Source: Protoeuglena noctilucae (lineage: Eukaryota). From it: 64,000 nt of DNA. Location of the stretch: assembly GCA_958009085.1 (NCBI GenBank), contig OY253669.1:1302001-1366000 (forward strand), written 5' to 3'. The position numbers and the translations under genes are program-made. The notes beneath the pieces are model-generated. The model had not been told where the DNA came from. It made no database searches and saw only the letters and a program-made list of their open reading frames with translations. The first letter of the stretch is position 1. Each line of letters begins with the position of its first letter. Shown one piece after another: positions 37,999 to 50,744 of the stretch.

Positions 37999-39287
37999 AT
38001 GGATGATTTGCTTGAAGAGGTCCTAGGAGAGGCACCGCGCCGGCCCGGCAACCGGGACGCGGCAGCCGAGACGAGGGACGCGCTGCAAGCAGCATGTAGC
38101 GATGCCGAGTTCCTCAACCATGCTGTCAGCGACATCATCGCTGCCATCAAAGTGTTGCTTGGCGAGATTCCAGAGGTGAGGTGGCCGCCGATGCACCGCC
38201 GAGCCGCCTTCTCGCCACGTTAGGGCAGGACGCGTGGAGGCGTAACCAGCCACCCTTTCCATCCATCGGCGCTGCCAACCACGACTACAGTAGTCATACT
38301 TGTCCTGGGCCTTCGCACGTGGCCAGCAGGTCCTCCGGAAGCCTGGAATTCCCCGGCTGGTCAGTGCGAACCAGATCTGGTCGATTGTGTCGCGGTCGAC
38401 GGCGATGACGCGGGAGTTCGACTCGCTGAAAAGGAGCGGCGACATATTGACGTTCGACATGCCGTCGGGGAGGGGGGACCAGGCCGTGTTGACTCGGGAC
38501 GAGTACGTCGCGGCTGTGCAGTCAACCAAACAGGTGCCTGCGGGACGCTGGAGCCGCGAGCAGAGCGCAGATAGGGAGACGAACGCACAGTGCAGCTTCT
38601 CATCCCCGCGCCGTCTCGCAGCGCATATCCAGCGAGGTGCCCGAGGCGGAGCGTGCGACGGTGCTGCGGACGTTGGCTGCGTTCCGCGAGGAGGTCCTCG
38701 CGTCCGGCGGCGCCGCGGTATCTACGGAGGCGCTGAGCCGCGCGTTGCGGGAGGAGGAGGGTGCAGGGGAGGAGCGGCCCGCCAAGCGGCCGAAGCCGGG
38801 GGGCGAGGGCCGGGCGCTGGAGCGTGCGGTGTCTGTGCTCACTTCTGGCGGTTTGGCCATCAGCACAGGGGGCATCCTTCCCCAGGCGCTCATACCCACG
38901 GTGCCCGGGATGGGCGCCTTCGCCGACGCTCTCCGCGAGGGGCGGCGGGCCCTGGAGTCTCTGCTGAGGCGGAGACCACACCCGGAGGTCGCCGAGGTGA
39001 GCTACGAGCGCGGGAGACGCGCGTTTGACTAGCAGTCAAGCGGTGGAGACCCCCAGGGCGCCACCGGCTCCGCTGCATGGCTGATGTATCATTGACTGCG
39101 TTGCCAGTTGAGTGTGCATGCTAGTTGCTGGTCGCAGGCGGAGTTGATGCGGAAGAAGCCACCGTCCAAGTGCAAGGCCGGATGGCGCTTTGCGTTGCGG
39201 GACATGGAGGGGTCCGGCAGGGTCCAGCGCCTGCACACTCCCGGGGCGGAGGTGCTGCGATTGGCAAACGACGACAAGCGCCCATGA
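37999..39287 (+). CDS. STK19: STK19-family (tandem winged-helix) protein, 4 exons
   Basis: PRLVSANQIWSIV..TREFDSLKRSGDI..DQAVL..Y; VPGMGAFADALREGRRALESLLRRR; GWRFALRDMEGSGRVQRLHTPGAEVLRL. These follow the STK19 pattern. An NLS-like PAKRPK is present. Confidence 0.7.
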
Positions 39288-39500
39288 CCACGCATGGCGC
39301 ACAGGAGGGTCGGACGCAGCTGGGTCGCGCTCCGTCGTCAGCGGCAAGCGACACGTGGGTGAGGGTACGAGTGAGTGTCTTGACCAATTGCGTGGATTCA
39401 ATGCGCAAGCCCCGGCACCTTAGGGTCCGCTCCTGCGCAAGATATAACGTCACAAGCCACATGCATCGGAGTCTCCCATCACGCACACATGCATGTCATG

Positions 39501-42500
39501 TCACCGCGGCACGCCCTGCTGCATGATGGTGAAGAGGGACTGGAAATTGTCCTGGCGGATGGCGTTGCGGCAGTGGGCCACAACGTCCGTCCCCGCCTGC
39601 CCCACCCGCAGCCGGGACGCGGCCTGGATGGACTGGTTGATCTTGCGCAAGCCCTCGAGGAGATTCTGCGCGGCAGATGGAGCGGTGCGTTGCTGTCCGT
39701 GCGTCGCGGCTACCCTCGCCAGCGCAGTCTCTAGGCCTTGCACGAGCCTCGTCTTGTGGCCGTGTCAGCCTTGGCCTTGCGCGCGCCGCCTCCGCGCTCA
39801 CCTTGTGGTTCGTGGCGCGCTTCTCGTGCTCCATCAGCAGGTCCCGGTTCAGGTCTTGCAACCGCGCGTACGACTCGAGCATGCCGTCCATGTCCTGCAG
39901 GATGCGCGCGTCTTCCGCACGCACCACCAGGGCCTTCACCGCGTTGCTCGCGTCCGCGGCTTCCGCTTGGAATTTGATCCGATTGGCGTTGTACTGCGCA
40001 GAGGGCGGGACTCGATGGCATTCATAGCCGGCCGCATTTAGGGGGTGCTTCACCGCGTGGTCTGTGATGACCGAGCTGCGGATCGCACGCGGCCCGTTTC
40101 GATCCGCGTCCGCTGCGTTTCGCGCCTCGCCTCGGATACGTCGTCGAGGACCTTCCCCAGTGCCTCCATTTCCAGCGGGAAGTAGGCCTCCGACTGTAGC
40201 TCATTGATTTGAAGGAACTTGCAGAGGTCCTGGACCATGTCCCCAGCCAAGGTCATGTTGTCCGTCACGATGGTCACCACGTTGCTGCGGGGGCGGCGAC
40301 GGAGCCCGTGATGCAGCTGCAGTGGGAGGCGTGGCCGTCGCAACTGATGCCAGCTCATGCCCGGCGGTCTCACCCTCCCTCCGTCTGGTGTGGCTTGGTC
40401 CGCACGAGGCTGTGGCTCCTGTCGCGGAGGCTCACGAACGCGGCCTCGATCTTCTGGGTGTTCTGGAGGCTGGGGAGCTTGGCGTTGAATGCGCTCTCGA
40501 TCCACAACGCGATGCGCTGCACGCGCTCCTGCACGACGAACGTCACTTGCCTGCGGGAACGAGACGACGTCACTGCAGTGTGCGCGCTCGATGCCAGAGC
40601 CGGCTGGAACACGCCGACAGCACATGGCACATGACCCGAGCGCCGCGTGCGACCGGCACAAGTCACGCACGCTCACCCTGACGGCTCCTGCTGCACTTGG
40701 TCGCGCCCGATCACCGAGTACATGGCGAACTTGGGCAAGTCGAGGTCCGTCTCATAGATGTGGGTGACGTTGGCCGTGGGCGTGGACGATAAGAAGACCT
40801 TGATGTGGACGATGGCAGCGATGTCCTTGGTCGTCCGCATCGGCACCGACACGGTCTTCTTGGGCTCGGGGCAGTACACCATGCTGCAGCGACGGACGCG
40901 TGCATCGTGTCAGTGCTCGGGGTCGTGGTCAGTCCGAAGGGCGCAGTGCCGGCACGTCCCATTCCAAACTCACCTCTCTCGGTCGTCAAAGACCCCCTCC
41001 GCCATCAGCACAATGCACCGGATCAGGCAGTCGGTGGACGCCTCCACGAACAGCTCGAGGGCGTCGACGGTCTTGGCCGTCTGCCACTCCACCAGGACCT
41101 TGGTCCCGGCCGGCAGCGCGTGGTTCGCCTGGCCCTGCGCCTGCCGCTGCAGGTCCCGGTCCCGCATCTTCTTACCCGCCATCTCGACCTGCTCCAGCTG
41201 CGCCATCAGCTTCTGCTTCTGCTGAGTCAGGGCCGACAGCTTCCGGGCGTTGGTCACCATCGCCGCCCGCTGCTCGTCCACGGCGCCCTCGTAGCCCCTG
41301 TGTGCGCGCGGGATCAGCCGCTGTCCGCATCACGCCTGCGCCCCATCGCTGCTGTCACTGCGACGCTTTTTGGGCCACTCACCGCACTTCCCCATCCACC
41401 CCGCAGATGACCAGCTCGTCCCTGCCCTTCCTCCGCAGGTCGCCCACCAGCACGGAGGCCACGCCCTGCCCAATTGAGTCCTTAAACACCATCTGCCCGT
41501 TCTGCTCCCCTCGGACCTCGATCTTCCCATTGCTCCAACCGCTCACCAACTCTGCCACCCCGTCCCCATCCAAGTCGAACCCCTTGATGCAAATAGGCAC
41601 GTGCCGGCTCTGCGCGCCATAGACGCAGCCGTCTGTTCAACGGCGGGCCATGTACACGCATGCACATCCCAAGCTCACACCCGCAGCTTTGCCCAGGCAG
41701 CGGCAGCGCCCACCTTGACTCGCCAGGCGCGCCGCTCCCGGCTGTAGATGCCAGTGGTGCCATTGGACAGGGCGTAGGCGAACCGCGGGCCCTCGATGGT
41801 GCAAAGCGACGTGACGGCATCCATCTCCGGCATGGTCGCTGCAGCCGGGGAGGTCGCGAAGATCTGTCTCGCAGTTCCGAGCGAGACAGAAGACAGCCGC
41901 AAGCACAGGAGAGCCAAGGAAATCTGCCCAGTAAGGCAAAGGGTCTTGACTTTAAGTTCACCCCTGGTGCATTGCTCGCCATGCCATCTGCAGAAACGAG
42001 CAAAGCTACTTTTTCTTCTGGCTTCTCACCGACGCACTCCTCGTTATCGAATATCTTGACCTCCGCGTCCTCCGTGCCCACCAGGATCTCCTTGGCTCCG
42101 TCGTTGTTGACATCGGCCGCGGCCAGCGCCGACACTGCGGGCGCAGGCGGCGGCGTGGGACATCCTGCGCCGCCACTCGCTACGCAAAGAGAGCAGCCGA
42201 GCACAGCGCTGCTGGCCTCAGGGAGTGGCACTCCCTTTGACCACGTGCGAATGGGCCACTGCCCTACCAACATGCAGCATCGGGGCACGCCACAGCCCCA
42301 TTGCAATCTTCACCCGTGTCGCTCGTGACCGTCCACAGTCGCTCCGTGCCCGTGCGGTCGAACGCAACGAGGGTGCCGTGCCCGCCCACGAGCGCCACTT
42401 GCTCGTCCACGTTCCCGACCTTGTCCACCAAAATCTCTGCGGGCCCAAGCCACAATCAAGCTCGGGAACGCCGCCGCCGCAGTACCCGCATCGCCGCGCG

Positions 42501-43019
42501 TCGCCGCCTCGCGCCCGCACCGGTGGCCCCGTCCGCGACGTCCGCGTAGAAGAGGTCGCGGTTCTGCTCGCAGTCAAAGGCCTGGACGGAGCTGGACGTG
42601 CCGATGAACAGGTGCTCCTTCTTCGACCCGTCCGTAAGCATGCGCCCCGAGGCCAACGCCGTGATGTCGCGGTTCACCCGGATGTACTGAGACCGGTTCA
42701 TCTCCGCCCCGGGGGTCTCGTTGGGATTGTACACCAGGATCTGCGGGCGCCGCGCGAGAGAAGGCTTCCAGCGACAGGTCGAAACAGAGACGTGCCTGTC
42801 CTGCCCAGGCGACGAGGCACGCGCCTCGCGGCGTCGCGAGATGCGCGGGAGGGCCGGGCATGCGGCGCAACGGGCGCGCTGGGGCCGGCATGAGCCACTC
42901 GCCTGGCCCCCGGTGGTGGCGCACGCAAAGCACGCATGGCCCTCATAGAGCTGCCCCACCGCCGCGCGCTTCTCCCGGATGGGGTCGGTGAGCGTGAGCT
43001 GGAAGGACGGGACCAGCAT
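39501..43019 (-). CDS. BBS2: Bardet-Biedl syndrome 2 protein (BBSome subunit)
   Basis: MLVPSFQLTL..FACATTGGQ|ILVYNP; AFDCEQNRDLFY; DVNNDGAKEILVGTED; FAYALSNGTTGIY; FDLDGDGVAELVSGWSNGK; LPKFAMY; LAGDMVQDL; LVVRAEDARIL; RATNHK|NLLEGLRKINQSIQAASRLRVG..CRNAIR. Confidence 0.95.
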
Positions 43020-43393
43020 TGCGCCACCTGCGCGCCCGGCGGGCGGGCCTCACGGGTCCCCGCCAGGCAGTACTGTTTTCACTCCCACGCCCCTACCGAT
43101 GAACACCGAGCCAGCTGCAGATGCGGCCCGGTGAGCTTCCCCGCTAGGTCTCTTTTCCGCCACCCTGCGGACGTCTCGCACGAGCTGGTCGCGGCCCCGC
43201 GGCTTCGCTTTTTCGCACGGGCGGCACGGAATCCTTCCAGCATTGCGTATCGGACGTGTCTCGCGGCGAATCGAGGGGACGGGCCAAGTCCGCGTCCCTG
43301 GCACCGAGTTCCGGCGCAGCACCCGCCGGGGTCCGCAATAGCCGGCCCCGCGATGCCTCCCCGGCCCTTTTCGTGGCCCCCGCGACGTTGGAA

Positions 43394-44652
43394 ATGGCCC
43401 CTAAGAAGGTGGCAAAGAACCCTATGGCCAAGGCCAAGGCGGCCGAAGCCAAGGTGCGTCCCCCGGGCTCCGGAGACCGCGCTCACGGGCTCCAGGATCC
43501 CTTTCCGCCCCACGGTTCCGGCGCGCCTTTCACAGCCGGCCTCTGGGCGCGGGGCTCCTCGCGGGAGTCCGGCGGGGCCGAGCTGGGCGTCCGGGACGCA
43601 TGGAGCCGGTCCCCTTTCCGCGCCCGTGCTCGCTGGGGAATAATTGCTTTTGAACGCGCCCCCCTCCCCGTCCCGCAGTCCGACCCCCTGTACGAGAGGA
43701 GGCCCAAGACCTTTGGGATCGGCCAGGCGCTGCCTCCCAAGCGCGATGTGCGCCGGTTCGTCAAGTGGCCGCGCTACGTGCGCATCCAGCGCCAGAAGCG
43801 GGTCCTGCTGCAGCGGCTGAAGGTCAGGGCCCGGCGCCAATGTGCCTGTACGCGCCGGGGCCTGTCGGAGCGCTGGCGAGCTCGCCGCGCCTGTCGAGTG
43901 CGGTTGGTTGCCCTGACTGAGCGCTCTGGACGCCCGCAGGTGCCCCCGGCGCTCTTCCAGTTCACCAGGACGCTGGACAAGAACGCGGCGCAGACGCTCT
44001 TCGGGCTGCTGACGAAGTACCGGCCGGAGGACAAGGCGACCAAGAAGGCCCGCCTGCAGAAGGAGGCCGAGGCGAAGGCGAGTGGCGCCCGGGCGATCGC
44101 GGCCGGCCTTGGCTTGCGCGGAGGCCGCCGCCGTCCCCCTCCGCCCTGGGCCGCCGCGCGCCGCCCGCGGCCGCGCTCCTGCCCTCCTGGAGTCGCCCAA
44201 TATCTGTTTCTCCATCGCCGCAGGCCGCCGGGAAGACCCCCGAGAAGTCCAAGCCCGTGGAGGTCAAGTTCGGGATCCACCACGTGACGCAGCTGGTCGA
44301 GGCCAAGAAGGCGCAGCTGGTGGTGATTGCGCACGACGTGGACCCCGTGGAGCTGGTGGTGTGGCTGCCCGCGCTGTGCAAGAAGATGGGCGTGCCGTAC
44401 TGCATCGTCAAGGGCAAGGCGCGGCTGGGGACCGTAGTGCACCAGAAGCACGCCGCGGCCCTGTGCCTGACGTCCGTGCGGAACGAGGACCAGCGCGAGT
44501 TCGCCAAGATCGCCGAGACGTGCAGCGACATGTTCAACAAGGGGTCCAAGATCGGGTGGGGCGGCGGCGTCCTGGGCTACAAGGCGTCCAAGAAGCTCGC
44601 GGCGCGGGAGAAGCTCATCGCTAAGGAGCTGGCGCAGCGCGCCGCCGTCTGA
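43394..44652 (+). CDS. RPL7A: 60S ribosomal protein L7a (eL8), 4 exons
   Basis: [101 protein letters not shown]. Confidence 0.98.
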
Positions 44653-44958
44653 GTCGGCCAGGCGGCCCTGCCCTGCGCTACGCCAGCGCAGGGTTGGGTT
44701 TTGGGGTGTTGCTGGCGTGCGCCGCGTGCCTGGGGCCCGCGTTGCGCTCTCCCGCCCGTATGGTCGCTGTGGGCAAGGCGCGCGGGGCCTCATGGGGGCC
44801 ACGATCTGTTGAAACGGGGTTCAAGGGCACTGCTAGCAACGGTGCTGAGGCACGGTGCTACCGTGCGTCAGCCTGGGTGGGAAGGGATGGGAGCTGCTAC
44901 CGACGACCTAGCAGTCCGCGGCTGTCGAGCGCGGCTATTGGTGGAGGGCTGGCCCCCT

Positions 44959-45392
44959 TCACATGACCGAGCAGCACTTGGGCTTGTTGCGCTCCTCCTT
45001 CTCGCCCTCCATCAGGTACCACGCGCGGATCACCGACATGAACTCCTGCCGGTTGACCGTCCCGTCCGAATTCCGGTCCGCGTGCTCCACCATCTCCTCG
45101 ACCTCCTCGTCCGTCGGCGCTGCGGCACGGGGGCGGGCACGGGTGTTGGCCTGGCGACGAGATCCCCGCCCCGCCGAGCGACAAGGCGCCCCGATGCAAG
45201 ACGGTCACCGTGCCCGTCGTTGAGATCGGTGAGGAGCTTCTTCAGCTCGCTGGTGGCGAGCTCGCCGTCCTTGTTGATATCGTACTTGTTGTACACTGCA
45301 TCGATGAACTCCATGTCCTCCTTCGTCAGCGCCTTGTTCTTCGCTGCCTCCTGCCTCCGCTTGCTAGCGGGGACGCGGGAGCCCACAAGCAT
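44959..45392 (-). CDS. Small two-EF-hand calmodulin-like protein with C-terminal CaaX box, 2 coding exons
   Basis: EF loops DINKDGELATSE and DRNSDGTVNRQE; it ends KEERNKPKCCSVM*. A splice acceptor just upstream of the ATG suggests a 5'-UTR intron or an extra upstream exon. Confidence 0.8.
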
Positions 45393-46038
45393 TTTGTCCT
45401 GCGAACGGGAGCAAGGCAACGGCGGGCTTGTCAACCGCCAGTGCGGGAACAGCTGGCGAGGCCACCCGGGCTTGCAGCCTCATGCCACAGCGTTCTCATC
45501 GTGCTCGCACAAGACGTGGGGCGCGCCTGCCGCGCGGGAGGGAGCTGCAGGAACGTGCGACATGCACAGGCCTGTCTGGAAAGCTTCCCGCGCTTACTCG
45601 GAGCCTAACTACCCGCCTCCGCTTCCTCGTCTAATTTCCATCCGCAGGGGCGTTTCAGGACGGCACCAAACGCGCGGGAATCGCGCGGTCGTCTCCCCCC
45701 ATGCTGGCAGCTTTTGCCGAGCGGCGATGCCGGTTACAGGCCCTTACCCCAGATGCAGGACGCGCACAGACATAAGAATCGAACAAATTTGACAGTCTCA
45801 CCTCCTTACGTCCTAATCGGCCTCGGCGACGAGCGTGGCAATGGCCTACGAGACGGAAGAAGGTGCGGCAAGGCGAATGGGGCAGCGCGATGGCAGCCTT
45901 GATGGTCAGAAACAGTGCAGCGCCGCAGCATGGCGGAGGGGGCCAATGGATAGGGGCTGAAACTGGCAAGGAGTGCACCTTGCCAGTCATTGCGCCGTTT
46001 CCTGCGATCGGATCGCTCGACGGGCCCTGGATCAGGAT

Positions 46039-48733
46039 TTAAACCACGGTAGGGAGCCAGAGCTCCACTACGTTGACGCCTTCCAGCTCCGCGTTCGCCA
46101 GGAAACGGGGCGCGACGCGCACCACACCGCCGGCGTCACGCAGCAAAGCCCGGGCCATCAGAAGCGCCGCAGCTCCTGAGCCAGCGACCGTCCCGTCCTC
46201 ATCTGCCTCGTCACGAGCAGCCGCGAAGGAAGCGTCTACATCAGACACCCGGCCGTCGTCTTTCCACCCCGTCACGGGCGTGCCCTGGTCCACGCAGGCG
46301 ACACGGACCCACCCCTCCGACCCATGCCCGCACGTCAGGACGACCGTGCCCCCCGGGGCCGACCTCTGCAGCGCGCTGTCCAGCACCTGCCCCACGGCCC
46401 GGCGCAAGACATCGCGGGGCACCGCCACCACCGCGTCTGACCCGGCCTCCAGCTCCCCGAGGGACGCAGTCGCCTCAACGTCCGGCACGGACAGGTCAGC
46501 CCCCATGTGTAGCTCCACGCCAACGCCCATGGCGCGCCCCATGCGTGCCGCTGTGGCCACCACCGCCTCCAGCTCCTCGCCCACGGCGCACCACCCGTCA
46601 GGCCCACGCTCTCGGCGCGGGGGCCCCGAATACACCGCCCCACCTCGGCCCTCCACCTCGCCGACTTGGACTGATCCCACCTCTGGCAGCGATGCCCCGC
46701 CGGCGCTCACGGCGCTACTTGCCGCATCAGAAAGAGCCGTGGATATGCGCCCCCCCCGCGCATCCACGGAGGCAGCCAGGACAGCAGCGGCCGGGACGGC
46801 AGTCTCGGCCGTCACATCGATCGTGCGGCCGCCTTCCTGCGACGCCCACCTCAGAGATCCCCCCTGGCTGTCCTGCACCCCGGTCCCAGCCCGCGGCTGG
46901 CGGCTTCCGCCAGCGGTAGAGCCTGCCAACAGGGCTGGCGGCACCGTGGTTGGACCCCCAGCTCCTGGAGTAGGAGGAGGCGCCTCGCTTGGACTCGGCG
47001 TCGGCGGCGGTGTCGTCCTCGCCAACAACAGCGCCGTCCTGGGGGGACGCGTCGCCCTGCGAGACAAGCGAGACGCACGTGACTGGACGATGGCCTTTAG
47101 TTGAGAGGACTCTGCACAGCCAGCACCGCGTCCGCCGCGGCCGCCTCACCCGCTGGGGCCCGACGTGGACTCTGGCAACTGCCGCCAGCGCGCTTCCCGC
47201 GACAGCTCTCCGATGCTCTGGCCGAGCTGCCTCGGCGCCGGCAGGCTGACCAAGGGCGCCGACCCTGGCGCGAACTGGGGCATGGCCGGCGCGCCGTACA
47301 GCGCCGACTGCAGCTGCGAGACGAGCCCTGCCAGCCGCTCCGACTGACTCAGGATCCCCCGGGCCATGTCTCGCTCGGACGCGCTCTCGAGGCCCGACAG
47401 GCGTGGCAGGAGCATGCTCCCCAACGTGCGCAGGACGGCCTGCATGTCAGCAGGGGACGTGGGCAGCGCTGGCGACAAGCGGGCCGCCGCTATCCCCAGT
47501 GCCACGGCCCAAGCCTGCGCAAAGCACGCATCTGGGCTCACTCACCAGCGGACCCCTGGTCTGCTCCACCAGGCCTCGGACCCACTGCCGCCTCGCAGCG
47601 CGCTCGACGCGCATGAGGGCCGACCGCTGCTCCATCGCGCACGCGAGCGCCACGGAACGCACGATGGGCCGGGCAGACGCCTCCTCCTCCGCTGTATAGG
47701 CGGTGCCGAGACCCTCCCCGGCTTGCGGGGCACCCGCTGCTCCCGTCTGCTGCCCCCGCCTGGACTTGGGACCGCCCCTGCGGCCCGGCGCGTCCCGCTC
47801 GACGACCAGCAGGCCCAGCACGTAATCCCCCTGGCAGAGCGGGAACACCAGGGTCCCTGACTCCGGCAGCACCACCACCTCCTGTTCCGCCAGCTCCTTC
47901 TGCAGCACGAGAACACAGCGTACCCAGTCCATTGGTCAGGTAGTCCCCATTAGTCAGCTGGTCGCTGACTGACATTGCTGTGTCACTGCGCCGTCGCACC
48001 TCAGTGAGCCCCCCCGTATCATCCCCAAGCACGAGGAGCTCGTTGGACGCCTGGAAGCTCGAGGCGGTCGACGGCTTGGGCGACGTGTCAGAGTCCTCGG
48101 CAGAGTCCGGCTTTCGCTCTGCGTCCGCACTACCGTTCGAGCTTCCACCGCCCGGCTGGGACGACCACACGTGCACACGGCGCAGCACAAGCCGGCCCGA
48201 CAGGAGCGAGTGGGACGTCCTCGCAAAAACCGTCGCGGTCACAGGACGCAAGGTGCCACGGCCTTTTCCTGGCTTCTGCGGCGGCCGACCACCGAGGGGA
48301 GTCGCCTGTGGGGCTCTGGGTGCCATCACCCGTCGTGGGATTGCAAATATCACGTACCTGTGCGAGTAAGGAGCCCAGGATACCGAGCTGAAGCGCGCAT
48401 ATTTCCGAAAACTCCTCCGTGAAGCCTCCCGAGTCCTCTGGATCGTCCAGCGGGTCCCCTTCCAGGCTATCTATCACGCGGTCGTCGAACGAGAGGCCCC
48501 GGGAAGGATGCCCGCGTCGCCTCACGGGCGGAGGAGCTTGAACGTGTCTGTGGGTGGGGGAACTCCTGTCAGATGTGAGTGAGGGGACAGCGGGCTGTCG
48601 CTGCGCGTCGAGCACGCCCCTCCGACTCTCACAAGCGCGCCCGATGCCACAGCGGTCGGACATGGCGGCGAGCATAATACGAGGTCGAACACGCGCTCGC
48701 TGAACAAGCCGCTGCGTGGCCCGTCCTGCTCAT
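46039..48733 (-). CDS. CSK: Chloroplast sensor kinase (Hik2-derived modified histidine kinase; GAF + DHp + HATPase-like)
   Basis: Transit-peptide exon MSRTGHAAAC..; EEFSEICALQL; VFART..GRLVLRRV; TLVFPL..VLGLLVVE; SVALACAMEQRS; LVEQTRGPL|AVLRTLGSML; LRRAVGQVLDSALQR..GGTV; VACVDQG; GGVVRV..VELWLP. Confidence 0.82.
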
Positions 48734-49197
48734 GGCGGGCCCTGCAGCACGCGCTCCTTTGCAGGGCCCGGCAGGCTGCGTCGCAGGCGCGACGGGCGCT
48801 TCAACTGCCTGGGTTGATACGGTATCTCACGATCTGATCGAAAGGAATGCTGTTAGGCAAGAGGGCCTGCCAGGAGCCGCGGAAGAACGTGGGCGCGGTG
48901 GCGGCTAATGAGGAGCCCGCGGCCGGCACTGGCGGTGTTTGGAAGATAAGCCGTGGATCATATCACAAGCCAGAGGCAAATTGCCAGCAGGGGAGCGCAG
49001 AAAGTCTGACTTCTTCCTGCTGTGTCACCTTCAGAGCTCCCCCTGCCTCAGGATGAAACGCTTCATGGCCCGTGCGTGGCCAAGCAAATACGTAGCACGG
49101 CAGCTGTGCATGTTCATGCACATCGTGAACGCCTCTGCCAGGCCCTGGGCTCGTTTCGGCTGCCCCCTATTGGGAAAGCAAAGTAGGCACGGCGCCG

Positions 49198-50505
49198 ATG
49201 GTGGATGACGATGGGCCTTCGACCTCTCGGCCCAGTGGTCGGCAGAACAATCAGCTGCGGCGCATCCGCTGCGAACGGGGGCTCCTTCACCGCGCCGACG
49301 GATCTGCACGATGGTCCCAGGTGCCCGACGAGTCTGTCCACCGAATGTTCTCGCAAGTGGGAGACGTTTTGAGCAGCAAGGTCTGCGTGGGCGGCGCTGT
49401 GACGGACTCCCGGCTCGACCCTGGCTCACGGCCGGCCTGGGTCGCCCGCAGGGGGCCACGGAGGTCACTGCCGCCGTGTATGGGCCTTCCATTGGCGGGA
49501 AGCAGGAGGATGCCGAGAAGGCCGTCGTCGAAGTCGTGTTCCGGCCACGCGCTGGCCTCCCGGGACCCATCGAACGGACTTACGAGGCGACCATCCGAGG
49601 GCTCGTCGAGGGCGCTTGCCTGCTGTCCCTACATCCGCGCTGTTGCATCTCCGGTGCGCTGCTGGTGGCTCTGGAGACCGTCACCCGCGGCATTGGCACT
49701 GTGCGCGTTCCGTAGCAGCCGAACCTGCGCAGGATGCTGCTTGCTCAGAGCCGGCTCCGCCTTCTTATGTGCTTTCAGTGGCGGTGCAGGTGCAGCAAGA
49801 CTGCGGGTCCGTCCTCGCGTGCGCACTGGTGACGATCCGGATGGGACGCAGCGCCTGCTAGCCCGGCACTCGGCACCTTCGCCCTTTTCAGATGGCCAAT
49901 GGTCCCGCCGTGCCGCAGAACGCCGTGTCAGTGGCTCTTCTGGACGCCGGGGTGCCGCTCAAGAGGATGTTTGCGGCCGTGACCGTTGCCATCCCATCAT
50001 CGGGGCGCTACGCTCTCGACCCGGACAAGGCAGAGGAGGAGATGGAGGCAGCCACGCTGGTGACTGCAGAGGCGGGCCGCTTGCGCTTGCTTACTACGAC
50101 GGCTTTTTGCTGCTGCTCGGATGTCGCGCTCCCATGAAGGAGACGGAGGGTCACGTGCCCGTGCTCCCGGCCTGACCTGCAGACTGCCGCATTCGCCATC
50201 GGTTCCTTCGGCCCGGACGGCGCACCGATGGAGGCCAGTGCGGAGGATAAGGCGCGTGGCAAGGGCGTTCTCGCTGGGCTGGGCACCGGGGTGGTGAGCC
50301 AACAGGGTGAGGCTCGCCGCGAGAATGCGTCGAGAATTCTCTTCTGTCCTTTCTCCTCCCCATAGCGGGGGTGCTCATGCCACAGCGTGCACGCGTGCCT
50401 GCAGACATGGTCGCGGGGCTGGACGCGGCGTTGAGAGCAAGCAAGCAAGTGGGCGCCATCATCAGGGACGCCATGGTTGCAGGGCTCCAAGCAGAGGACG
50501 CCTAG
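49198..50505 (+). CDS. RRP46: Exosome core subunit RRP46 (EXOSC5), RNase PH fold
   Basis: QLRRIRCERGLLHRADGSARWSQ|GATEVTAAVYGP; EKAVVEVVFRP; LHPRCCI; DCGSVLACAL|NAVSVALLDAGVPL; LDPDKAEE. Confidence 0.9.
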
Positions 50506-50744
50506 TGGCTGGCGGGGCCAGATGTCAGTGCAGGCGCCGACACACGACCAGGGCACGAGAACCCTACCGTCAGCCCTGGTGCCATTTATACGAATCCTTG
50601 AAGGGAGGGCGACAAGAACATGAGACATTGATCGCGACTTGAGGCGAATAAGGCATCTATGCAACTCCCCAAGCGGGGAGTGAAAACAGTTAGGGCGGCT
50701 GTTATCGCAATGGCGCCCCGTCGCGCTGGCTCACATGACTGCTT

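Noticed and set aside
43453..43678. snoRNA in RPL7A intron 1
   Set aside because: The intron is long and has a short repeated ccctttccgc motif, but I could not find convincing C/D or H/ACA boxes. A covariance-model search would be needed.
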